Source: Acidobacteriota bacterium
GTDB lineage: Bacteria; Acidobacteriota; Polarisedimenticolia; J045
Length of the DNA stretch: 64,000 nucleotides
Direction of reading: 5' to 3'
Assembly: GCA_025456425.1 (NCBI GenBank)
Contig: JALOKP010000026.1
Location: 3,846 to 67,845 of the forward strand
Shown here in pieces: positions 41,862 to 49,761 of the stretch (position 1 is the first letter of the stretch; every line of letters starts with the position of its first letter). A program made the translations under genes and the position numbers. The notes beneath the pieces are model-generated. The model saw only the letters and a list, made by a program, of their open reading frames with translations, was not told the DNA's origin and searched no databases.

Positions 41862-42822
41862 CCGCCGCGGGCTCGTGTCCAGCCAGCGTGGCCTCGATCG
41901 TGCGGTTGGTCTCGACGACCGATCCGGCCGGAGTCCCTCCCGGGACGGCCCCGCCCTCCACCCGCTGCGCGCTCGTGACGGTCGTCGCCTGCGAGAGCGG
42001 GATCCCGAGCGCCGGCGCCAGCAGCAGCGTCGAGTCGGCGGCGTAGCGGGTCGTGGTGACGACCACGCGCCGCTCGCCCTCGCCCACCGTCGCGGGCGGC
42101 AGCGACTCGGCCGAGAGCGTGCGCACGACGCGCAGTGCCTCGCGCCCGTCCACCGTCTCGACGCCGGCGAAGGTGACGGTCGCCTCCTGCGGCTCGGCGC
42201 TGCCGGGGACCGGCAGGTGCACGGGGAGCGCCACGCCCGGGGCGACCGCGCGGTTGGGGAGCGGCATGACGATCGCGCCGAGGCGGTCGGCGAGTTCGGC
42301 CTCGGAGACCGGCAGGACGTAGCGCAGCAGCCCGTCGCGGTTCGGGCCCTCCGGCAGCGCGCCGCGCGCGGCGTCCAGGAAGGCCGGCATCCCCTCGACC
42401 CGCAGTGCGCGGCCGCCGGGCGAGAGCGCGATCCGCGGCGGCGCGGCGCGCACCGCCGCGAGCACCGCCGGGAGCGCGGCCAGCGGGCCCCCCTTGCGGT
42501 TCGTGCTGGCGTCCGAGTCGGCCTCCAGTCCCTGCGGGTCGGCCTGGATCGTGACCCGCTCGAAGCGGACCTCGAGCACGGTCTCCTTGTCGCCGTGGGC
42601 GACCGGCACGAGCTGCAGCAGCGTTTCGACCGTCACCGCACCCGGGGTGCTCTTCCCCTCGTGCACGGTGACCGACTCCTCGCGCTGCACGACCCGGTAG
42701 CGCGCCGAGGCGACCCGGTCCCAGTGGTATCCGAGCCAGCCCTCGCCCTCGGCACGGGCCGGCTGGAGCGCCGCCGGCGCGAGCGCGAGCAGGAGCGCGA
42801 CGAGCGGCGGCAGGACGCGCAT
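41809..42822 (-). CDS. Secreted hypothetical protein, last gene of the radical SAM / cytochrome c operon
   Basis: Signal peptide MRVLPPLVALLLALAPAALQPARA. Non-repetitive body. Its start is 11 nt after the cytochrome c stop. Confidence 0.55.
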   Translation of the reverse strand: MRVLPPLVALLLALAPAALQPARAEGEGWLGYHWDRVASARYRVVQREESVTVHEGKSTPGAVTVETLLQLVPVAHGDKETVLEVRFERVTIQADPQGLEADSDASTNRKGGPLAALPAVLAAVRAAPPRIALSPGGRALRVEGMPAFLDAARGALPEGPNRDGLLRYVLPVSEAELADRLGAIVMPLPNRAVAPGVALPVHLPVPGSAEPQEATVTFAGVETVDGREALRVVRTLSAESLPPATVGEGERRVVVTTTRYAADSTLLLAPALGIPLSQATTVTSAQRVEGGAVPGGTPAGSVVETNRTIEATLAGHEPAAATAPPAAAAPPPPAPHP

Positions 42823-42833
42823 CGCGGCCCCGC

Positions 42834-43256
42834 TCAGCGTGAGCCGGACGCCTTGCGGGTCGCGGCCACGAAGGCCGGCGTGACCGGCGAGGCGCCGTTG
42901 CCGAAGGTCTGGCGGACGTAGGTCACGACCGCCGCGACGTCCTCGTCGCCGAGATGGTCGAAGGCGGGCATCACGTTCTGGTAGCGCCGCCCGGCGACGG
43001 CCTGCTCCGCCTCCGAGCCCAGCAGCACCCAGCGCACCACCGTCGCCTGGTCGCCCGCGACCTTGGACGAGCCCATGAGCGCGGGCTGCAGGTCGGCGAC
43101 GCCGCCACCGGAGGCCTGGTGGCAGACCAGGCAGTTGTCGGAGTAGAGCTCGAGCCCGCGCTTCATCTGCGGGTCGGACGGCGGCAGGCGCGAGCCGCCG
43201 CAGGCGGCGGCGCAGAGCATCGTCACGAGAGCGGCGGCGAGGCCGGAGCGCGGCAT
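42834..43256 (-). CDS. Small class I c-type cytochrome (lipoprotein-like signal)
   Basis: Single CXXCH (CLVCHQ) and a distal Met (YQNVMPAF). N-terminal LVTMLCAAACGGS. Its start overlaps the 3' end of the radical SAM gene by 34 nt. Confidence 0.75.
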   Translation of the reverse strand: MPRSGLAAALVTMLCAAACGGSRLPPSDPQMKRGLELYSDNCLVCHQASGGGVADLQPALMGSSKVAGDQATVVRWVLLGSEAEQAVAGRRYQNVMPAFDHLGDEDVAAVVTYVRQTFGNGASPVTPAFVAATRKASGSR

Positions 43257-44752
43257 GGAGCGGTCTCCCGAAAAGAGCGGGTCATCGTACCAGCAAGCGC
43301 CAGGCGCCGCCGGAAGGCGAGGTGCCGCCGCCGCGAGAGCGCGATCAGCGGGCGCCAGGACGGGCCCACGAGCCGATGCCGGATCAGGAACGGCCAGAGC
43401 CGGTTGGTCTTCTTGTAGAGCACCGACATCGCGAGGTAAGGGAGGACCGCGCCCGGATCCTCGGGCCGGCGGGCCCAGATCGAGGCCGGCGAGAACAGCC
43501 GCTGGTAGAGCCAGGCATAGCCCTCGGCGAGCTGCGTCTCGGTCATCCGCGCCGGGCGGAAGACGACGTGCGCGGTGTCGTACAGCTCCCAGTTGCGGTG
43601 CAGCAGGCGGCCTTCCTGCTCGAGCCGGCGGTACAGCGGCGTGCCCGGGTAAGGCGTCAGGATGTGGAAGGTCGCGCACTCCAGCCGCTGCTGCTCGATC
43701 CACTCCGCGGTGCGCTCGAAGACGTCGGGGCCGTCGGCGTCGAAGCCCAGCACGAAGCTGCCGTTCACCTGGATCCCGGCGTCGTGGAGGATCCGCACGC
43801 GACGCGCGTAGTCCGACGGCGGCGGCGAGCGCTTGCCGGCCGCGCGCAGGTTCTCGGTCTCGAGCGTCTCGAGTCCGACGAAGACGCCGGTGCAGCCGGC
43901 CAGCGCCATCTCGCGCACCAGCGAGGGGTCGTCCGTCACGTCCAGCGAGAGCGCGGCGCTCCAGATCCCCTGCAGCGGCGCGAGCGCGCGGCAGAGCGCG
44001 CGCAGCACCTCGGGCTGCGCGCCGAGGTTGTTGTCGAGGAAGACCGCGTAGGGCTCGCCCGTGGCCGCCCACTCCGCCGCGACCCGGGCCGGGTCGCGGG
44101 CCTGGAACGGGAGGTCGAGCCCGTCGGTCGCGAGGTGGCAGAAGCGGCAGCGGTTCGAGCAGCCGCGGGTCGCGACCAGGCTGGCGGTCGTCAGGAAGCT
44201 GCCGCGCGGCAGCAGCTCGCGCCGCGGCACCGGCTCCTCGTCGAACGGCCCGCGGTAGCTCCCCTGGTACTCCGCCGAGAGCGCGCCGCGCTCGGCGTCC
44301 GCCAGCACTCTCGGCCAGACCCGGACCCCGCCCGAGAAGACGAGAGCGTCGGCGTGCTCCCGGGCCTCGGCCGGGCAGCTCTGCACGTGCGGACCGCCCA
44401 GCACGACCAGCGCGCCGCGCGCCCGGTACCAGCGCGCCAGCTCGTAGGCCCGGTGCGCGAAGGTCAGGTGGACGGTGATCCCGACCAGCGCCGGGAACGG
44501 GTCGAGCGGGGGAGGGCCCTGCAGCAGGTTCTCGTCCCACAGCGCCACGGTCCAGGCGGACGGGGTGGCTGCGGCGAGCCCGGTCAGCGCCAGCGCCGGC
44601 GTCAGGACGTGCTTGCCGAAGCTGCCGTGCGGGTCCTTCGGGTAGAAGGGGTTGAGCAGCAGCGCGTGGCGCGGGGTCGGGGGCGGGGCGGGGGCGCGGG
44701 GATCGAGCGGCGGGGCCAGGCGCATCGCGGGGGGAAGGGGCAGGAAGGGCAT
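43223..44752 (-). CDS. B12-binding-domain radical SAM protein with a C-terminal DUF4070-like region
   Basis: ATG at 44752 with GGGAGA 6 nt upstream. N-terminal cobalamin-binding Rossmann-like region (ALLLNPFYP...VVLGGPHVQSCP). CX3CX2C (CSNRCRFCH) of the radical SAM core. C-terminal conserved tail LYDTAHVVFRPARMTETQL. Confidence 0.8.
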   Translation of the reverse strand: MPFLPLPPAMRLAPPLDPRAPAPPPTPRHALLLNPFYPKDPHGSFGKHVLTPALALTGLAAATPSAWTVALWDENLLQGPPPLDPFPALVGITVHLTFAHRAYELARWYRARGALVVLGGPHVQSCPAEAREHADALVFSGGVRVWPRVLADAERGALSAEYQGSYRGPFDEEPVPRRELLPRGSFLTTASLVATRGCSNRCRFCHLATDGLDLPFQARDPARVAAEWAATGEPYAVFLDNNLGAQPEVLRALCRALAPLQGIWSAALSLDVTDDPSLVREMALAGCTGVFVGLETLETENLRAAGKRSPPPSDYARRVRILHDAGIQVNGSFVLGFDADGPDVFERTAEWIEQQRLECATFHILTPYPGTPLYRRLEQEGRLLHRNWELYDTAHVVFRPARMTETQLAEGYAWLYQRLFSPASIWARRPEDPGAVLPYLAMSVLYKKTNRLWPFLIRHRLVGPSWRPLIALSRRRHLAFRRRLALAGTMTRSFRETAPCRAPASPPLS

Positions 44753-44770
44753 CGGTCGTCTCCCGTCAAG

Positions 44771-44787
44771 CACTTTGCGATACAAAG
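44771..44787. promoter_or_regulatory. AT-rich palindrome ACTTTG-N5-CAAAGT in the divergent radical SAM / MFS intergenic region; candidate operator
   Basis: Perfect 6-bp inverted repeat with a 5-nt spacer in an otherwise ~70% GC region. Centred about 27 nt upstream of the radical SAM ATG and about 60 nt upstream of the MFS start. Confidence 0.35.
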
Positions 44788-44838
44788 TACCGTCCGGACC
44801 GGGGCCGGTCAAGCCGTATCCTCCGGCCCCGGACGCCC

Positions 44839-46227
44839 GTGGACTCCCCGACCCCGCCCACCCCCCCGCCGCCTCCGCCCGCCGCCGCCGGCCGCGCGGC
44901 ATGGGGCGCGCTCGCGGTCCTGGCCCTGGCCCAGGTCTCGTCCTTCCTGGACCGCGCGGTCCTGTTCGCGCTGGCCGTGCCGATCAAGCGCGACTTCGCG
45001 CTCAGCGACACCCAGGTGAGCCTGCTGATGGGGACCGCCTTCTCGGCGACCTACGTGCTCTTCGGGCTGCTCCTCGGGCGGATGGTCGACCGCGGCACGC
45101 GGCGCACGATCGCCGCGGCGGGGATCGCGGGCTGGAGCCTGGCGACGATCGCGGCCGGGCTCGCGGGCGGCTACGGCGAGCTGCTGCTGGCGCGCGCGGC
45201 GGTCGGGATCGGCGAGGCGACGCTGGCCCCGGCTGCCTACTCGATGATCGCGGACCTGTTCCCACCGCGGCAGGTCGCCGGCGCGAGCGGTCTGTTCGCG
45301 GCCGGAAGCACCGTCGGCTCCGGGCTCGCGACGCTCCTGGGCGGGACGCTCGCGGCCGCGGCGGGGACGGGGACGATCGCGCTCCCGTTCGGCCGCACGA
45401 TCTTCGCCTGGCAGACGGTCTTCCTCTGGATCGGCGTCCCCGGACTGCTCATCGCCGCGCTGATGCTCGCGGTCCGCGAGCCGCCGCGCCACGGCGCGGG
45501 CGCCGCGGAGGCCCGCGTGCCGCTGGCCGGAATGCTGGCCTACCTGCGCGAGAACGCGCGGGCGATGGCGGCGCTGTTCGCCGCCGCGGCCCTGCTGGGG
45601 GTGGCGGCCTACGGTGTGCAGGCCTGGTCGGTGACGTTCTTCGTGCGCCGCCACGGCCTCTCGCTGGCGGCGGCCGGGACGCTGCAGGGGCTCGCGATGC
45701 TGGTCGCCGGGACGGCGGCGATGGCGGCCGGGGGCTACCTCGCCGACCGCTGGCGGGCCCGCGGCCGGCGCGCGGCCGCCTTCCTCGTGCCTGCAGCGGC
45801 GGCGGCGGCAGCGCTGCCGCTGCTCTGCGGCTTCACGCTGGTCCCGGGGCGCGCGCCGGCCGCGGCGCTGTTCGTCGCGCTGGTGTTCTGCCTGACCGCG
45901 CCGTGGGGTGCGCTGGCGGGCGCGATCGCCGAGCTGGCCCCGAACCGGCTGCGGGGCCAGGTCGTCGGCGTCTACCTGCTGCTGCAGAACCTGGTCGGCC
46001 TCGGCCTCGGCCCGACCGCGGTGGCGCTCGTCTCCGACCGGGTGCTGCGCGACGAGGCCGCGCTGCCGCTGGCGCTGCTGGCGGTGGCGGGGATGGCGCT
46101 GGGTGCGGCGCTCGTCGTGCTGGCCCGCGGCCTCGGCGACTACCCGGCGACTGCCGCGCGGGCCGCGGAGTGGCGCTTCAACCGCGCAGGAACGACCAGG
46201 CCAGGCGGACCACCAGCGCCAGGCTGA
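44839..46227 (+). CDS. MFS transporter
   Basis: 12-TM major facilitator pattern (GRMVDRGTRRT loop 2-3 motif, LARAAVGIGEA). Pro-rich N-terminus, so the start may be slightly downstream. Confidence 0.8.
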   Translation: MDSPTPPTPPPPPPAAAGRAAWGALAVLALAQVSSFLDRAVLFALAVPIKRDFALSDTQVSLLMGTAFSATYVLFGLLLGRMVDRGTRRTIAAAGIAGWSLATIAAGLAGGYGELLLARAAVGIGEATLAPAAYSMIADLFPPRQVAGASGLFAAGSTVGSGLATLLGGTLAAAAGTGTIALPFGRTIFAWQTVFLWIGVPGLLIAALMLAVREPPRHGAGAAEARVPLAGMLAYLRENARAMAALFAAAALLGVAAYGVQAWSVTFFVRRHGLSLAAAGTLQGLAMLVAGTAAMAAGGYLADRWRARGRRAAAFLVPAAAAAAALPLLCGFTLVPGRAPAAALFVALVFCLTAPWGALAGAIAELAPNRLRGQVVGVYLLLQNLVGLGLGPTAVALVSDRVLRDEAALPLALLAVAGMALGAALVVLARGLGDYPATAARAAEWRFNRAGTTRPGGPPAPG

Positions 46228-46913
46228 CCACGATCACCGTTCCCCGGACCAGCCCCTGGCCGCGCCGGATCGTCAGGTGCGCGCCGGCCCAGCTTCCCGC
46301 CAACTGGCCCGCCGCCATCGGCAGCGCGACGCTCCAGACCGTCAGCCCCGCGGCGGCGAACGACACCGCGGCCGCCAGGTTCGAGCAGAAGTTGACGACC
46401 TTGGCGTTGGCGCTGGCGGCGTCGAGCGGGTCGTGCCAGAGCAGCGTGTAGAGCGCGATCAGGAAGGTCGTAGAAGGCGAGCGCGCCGGCGACCAGCGCG
46501 GCCAGCGCGGCGGACCGCGGGCGCGGGGCCGCGCCGGCGGGGGCGGCGGGACGCCGCACCAGGAAGAAGACCGCGACCGCCGCCAGCAGCGCCATCACCA
46601 GCGGCGCCAGCGCCGCGGGCGACACGGCGCGCACCGCGAGCACGCCGACCGCCGAGCCGGCCAGCGCCGGCCCGGCCCCGATCGCCGCGCGGCGCCGGTC
46701 GAGCAACGGGGAGTGGGCGAAGCGCAGCAGCGCGGCCGCCGTGCCGAACACGCTCTGCCCCTTGTTGGTCCCCAGCGCGAGGTGCGGCGGCATCCCGGTC
46801 AGCAGGATCGCGGGCAGCGTGAGCAGGCCCCCGCCCCCGGCGATCGCGTCGACGAAGCCGGCCGCGGCGCCGACCGCGGCGAGGCCGGCGACCAGCGGCA
46901 GCGAGAGCTCCAC
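46178..46913 (-). pseudogene. TSUP (TauE/SafE) family anion exporter, apparently disrupted by a 26-nt internal deletion/frameshift
   Basis: The N-terminal 150 aa (MELSLPLVAGLAAVGAAAGFVDAIAGGGGLLTLPAILL ... ALAFYD) and the C-terminal part in another frame (FLIALYTLLWHDPLDAASANAKVVNFCSNL...GAHLTIRRGQGLVRGTVIVVSLAL, ORF 46178..46366) both match TauE. The conserved GFFGPGTGS between FYD and FLIA is missing at about 46464. Confidence 0.6.
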
Positions 46914-46923
46914 CCGCGGTCCG

Positions 46924-48408
46924 TCAGGCCGCCGCGGCGCGGCGGATCGCGGTCAGCAGGTCGGCCAGGTCGGCCTCGCTGGTGCGCGGGTGGATCAGCG
47001 TCGTGCGCAGGTGGACCGCGCCGTCGAGCCGGGTCTGGACCAGGTAGAAGCTGCCGTCCTCGATCAGCCGCCGCCGGACCCGCTCCTGGACCGCGTCGAG
47101 GTCCTGGTCGCCCCCCAGCGGGACGTACCGGAAGCAGACGATGTTCGCCTCCGGGGCGACCGGCAGCTCGAAGTCCGGCGTCTCCTCGAGCAGCTCGCCG
47201 AAGCGCCGCGCGAGGTCGAAGCAGCGCGTCACGTAGTCGCCGAGCAGCGCCGGCCCAAAACCCGCCAGCACCGCGTAGAGCTCGAAGGACATCATCCGCT
47301 TGGTGCACTCGAGCGTGCGGTGCGCGACGTCGAACCAGGCCTCCCCCTCGCCGCGGACCGCGCCCGGGAACAGGTAGGGGGCGTCCTCGGCGAACGGGTC
47401 CCACGAGCGCCGGGCGTCGCGGAACAGCACGGCGGTCACGAGCGCCGGGACCAGCAGCATCTTGTGCGCGTCCCAGACGACCGAGTCGGCGCGCTCGATC
47501 CCGGCGACCAGGCCGCGGTACTTCGGCGACAGCGCCGCAGCCGCGCCATGAGCGCCGTCGACGTGCAGCCACAGCCCCTCGCGGGCGCAGAACTCGGCGA
47601 TCTCCTCGAGCGGGTCGAAGGCTCCGACCGGGGTCGAGCCGGCGTTGGCGGCGACCCCCAGCACGCGGCGCCCGGCCCGCGCCGCGACGGCCAGCGCCGG
47701 CTTCAGTTGCTCCGGCGCGAGCCGGCGCCGGGCGTCGAGCGGGACCCGCACCAGCCCGTCGGCACCCAGCCCCATGATCCCGGCCGCGCGGGCCAGCGCG
47801 TAGTGGACGTCGGCGCCGGCGAGAAACGCGAGGGGCGGTCCCGCGGCCGCACCGTCGCGCCACGCGTCGAACCCGGCGCCGGCCCGACGCGCCGCCAACA
47901 GCGCGGTCAGGTTCCCCAGCGAGCCGCCCGAGGTCAGGACGCCGCCCGGTTCTGGATCGGTTCCGGCACCCCCGCCCAGCCCCAGCGCGCCGCAGAGGAA
48001 GCGCACCACGGCGTGCTCCATCGCGGTCGCGGCGGGGCCCATCTCGTAGACCGCCATCCCGTTGTTGAGCAGCGCGGCGGCGAACTCGGCCAGCGCGGCG
48101 TGCGGCAGCGGGGCGGTGACCTGGTGGCCGACGAAGCGCGGATGGTGGAGGTGGATCGAGCCCGCGATCGCGCGCTCGAGCAGCTCGGCGAACGGCGTGC
48201 CGCCCCGTTCGGGGAACTCGGCCGGCCAGGCCGCGAGCGCAGCCTCCGGTGGGGCCCAGGGGAGGACCGGCAGGCTGCCCCCGTCGAGCGCGTCCCTCAG
48301 GTAGTCGGCGAGCCGCTCGACGGCCGCGTGCCCGTCGCGGCGGAAGACCTCGGGATCGAAGGCGCGGTGCAGCGCGTCGCCGGCCGGATCGTCCATGCGC
48401 GACAGCAT
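46924..48408 (-). CDS. Pyridoxal-phosphate-dependent group II decarboxylase (DABA/glutamate/aromatic amino-acid decarboxylase family)
   Basis: ATG at 48408 (MLSRMDDPAG...). The PLP-Lys motif SVVWDAHKMLLVP and HVDGAHGAAAAL are conserved. The ORF-track 5' extension to 49101 is Arg/Gly low-complexity. Confidence 0.85.
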   Translation of the reverse strand: MLSRMDDPAGDALHRAFDPEVFRRDGHAAVERLADYLRDALDGGSLPVLPWAPPEAALAAWPAEFPERGGTPFAELLERAIAGSIHLHHPRFVGHQVTAPLPHAALAEFAAALLNNGMAVYEMGPAATAMEHAVVRFLCGALGLGGGAGTDPEPGGVLTSGGSLGNLTALLAARRAGAGFDAWRDGAAAGPPLAFLAGADVHYALARAAGIMGLGADGLVRVPLDARRRLAPEQLKPALAVAARAGRRVLGVAANAGSTPVGAFDPLEEIAEFCAREGLWLHVDGAHGAAAALSPKYRGLVAGIERADSVVWDAHKMLLVPALVTAVLFRDARRSWDPFAEDAPYLFPGAVRGEGEAWFDVAHRTLECTKRMMSFELYAVLAGFGPALLGDYVTRCFDLARRFGELLEETPDFELPVAPEANIVCFRYVPLGGDQDLDAVQERVRRRLIEDGSFYLVQTRLDGAVHLRTTLIHPRTSEADLADLLTAIRRAAAA

Positions 48409-48443
48409 GGAACGGTGCGCGGCGCGCCGCCACCGCGTCCGGG

Positions 48444-48995
48444 TTACATCGCCGCGCCCGCCGCCGGGGCCTCCGGTGCGACGCCGGCATCCGGACGGGA
48501 CGGGCGCTCCGGTTCCCCGGCGCGCACCGTCGCGTGCGCAGCGGCCCGGTCGAGCCGCCGCACGACCCGTTCCACCGTGCCCAGCGGCAGCTCGATCCGC
48601 ACCCGGTCGCCGTGTTCGTCGACCTCGACGACCAGCGCGCCCCCCTCGGTCCGGATCCTCACCCGCTCCTCGCGCCGCACGACCGAGACCAGCGTGACGT
48701 CGCCCGCGGTGCCCAGCTCGGCGACCGCCACACGGGCGATCTCGAGCCACGGGCGCGCGTCGTTCAGGGAGCCGGCCAGGGCGTCGTCCGGGACCAGCGC
48801 GAGCGCCAGCCCGACGACGAAACCCGGGACCGCGATCCGGATGTCGTCCCCGCCCTGCTCCTGGACGGCGATCCTCACCGTGCCGCCGCCCGCACGGCCG
48901 GCCGCCGACGCGGCCAGGGCGAACCCTGCGGCCACGGCCAGGAAGAGGGTGACGGCGAGCGCCAGTATCCACTTCGATCCGCGAGTCGTGAGCAT
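48444..48995 (-). CDS. Secreted/anchored hypothetical protein P1
   Basis: N-terminal hydrophobic segment WILALAVTLFLAVAAGFALAA. Shows patterned similarity to the next gene upstream (VRIAV...GDD... / VRIELPLGTV). Confidence 0.45.
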   Translation of the reverse strand: MLTTRGSKWILALAVTLFLAVAAGFALAASAAGRAGGGTVRIAVQEQGGDDIRIAVPGFVVGLALALVPDDALAGSLNDARPWLEIARVAVAELGTAGDVTLVSVVRREERVRIRTEGGALVVEVDEHGDRVRIELPLGTVERVVRRLDRAAAHATVRAGEPERPSRPDAGVAPEAPAAGAAM

Positions 48996-49048
48996 CGTGC
49001 CTCCCGGGCCGCGCGGCGCCCGGCGGCGTCGCGCGGAGCAGTCCTGAA

Positions 49049-49627
49049 CTACGGCGCCTCGTTCCGGTCGTCGACCCAGATCCGGACCGTCTCGTCGCCA
49101 TCCTCGACGGTCATCAGTTCGCCCTCGCCGGTGCGCTTCAGTTCACGCAGCGCGGCGACCAGGTCCAGTTCGCCCCGCGCCCCGGGGGCGCCGAACAGCG
49201 CGTCGGCCACCGCCAGCGGGACCTTGACCCGGACCGTCGAGCGCCGGCCCTGTTCGTCCGGCCGCTCCTCGGCCAGCACCAGCAGGAAGCCCTTGTCCTT
49301 GGCGACGCGGACGTGCTCCGAGCGCGACTTCACGGTCACGAACTCGGCATCGGGCGCTTCGCGCACCGCCTTCCACATCGCGGCGAGGTCGACGTCGGCG
49401 TGGTCCTCGAGGTCGAGCACCACCTTGCCGTCGCGCACGTGCTCGTCCGAGACGGCGCCGAGCACGCGGGCGGCGAGATCGAGCGGGACGTTGATCGAGA
49501 CGGTTTCGGGATCGTCCCCGGCCTTCTCGACCCGCACGTGCAGCCAGGCGTCGGCGGCGAGCGCGGGGGCGGGAGAGGGGAGCAGCAGCGCGGCGGCGAG
49601 CGCGACGGCGGCGGTGCGGGCGTTCAT
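49049..49627 (-). CDS. Secreted hypothetical protein P2, paralogue of P1
   Basis: Signal peptide MNARTAAVALAAALLLPSPAPALA. Alternating charged/hydrophobic beta-like segments (HVRVEKAGDD...VRVKVPLAV). Confidence 0.5.
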   Translation of the reverse strand: MNARTAAVALAAALLLPSPAPALAADAWLHVRVEKAGDDPETVSINVPLDLAARVLGAVSDEHVRDGKVVLDLEDHADVDLAAMWKAVREAPDAEFVTVKSRSEHVRVAKDKGFLLVLAEERPDEQGRRSTVRVKVPLAVADALFGAPGARGELDLVAALRELKRTGEGELMTVEDGDETVRIWVDDRNEAP

Positions 49628-49761
49628 GGTCGAGCCTCCCGGCGGCCGGGGCGGGGGAGCCTGTCCGGCCTCGCCGCTCGAAACGGACCCGGCGCGGGAA
49701 GGTTGCGCGGAAGAAGAACGGGACCGGCGAGCGGCCGCGAGGCGGGTGCGAGCGGTCGCGG

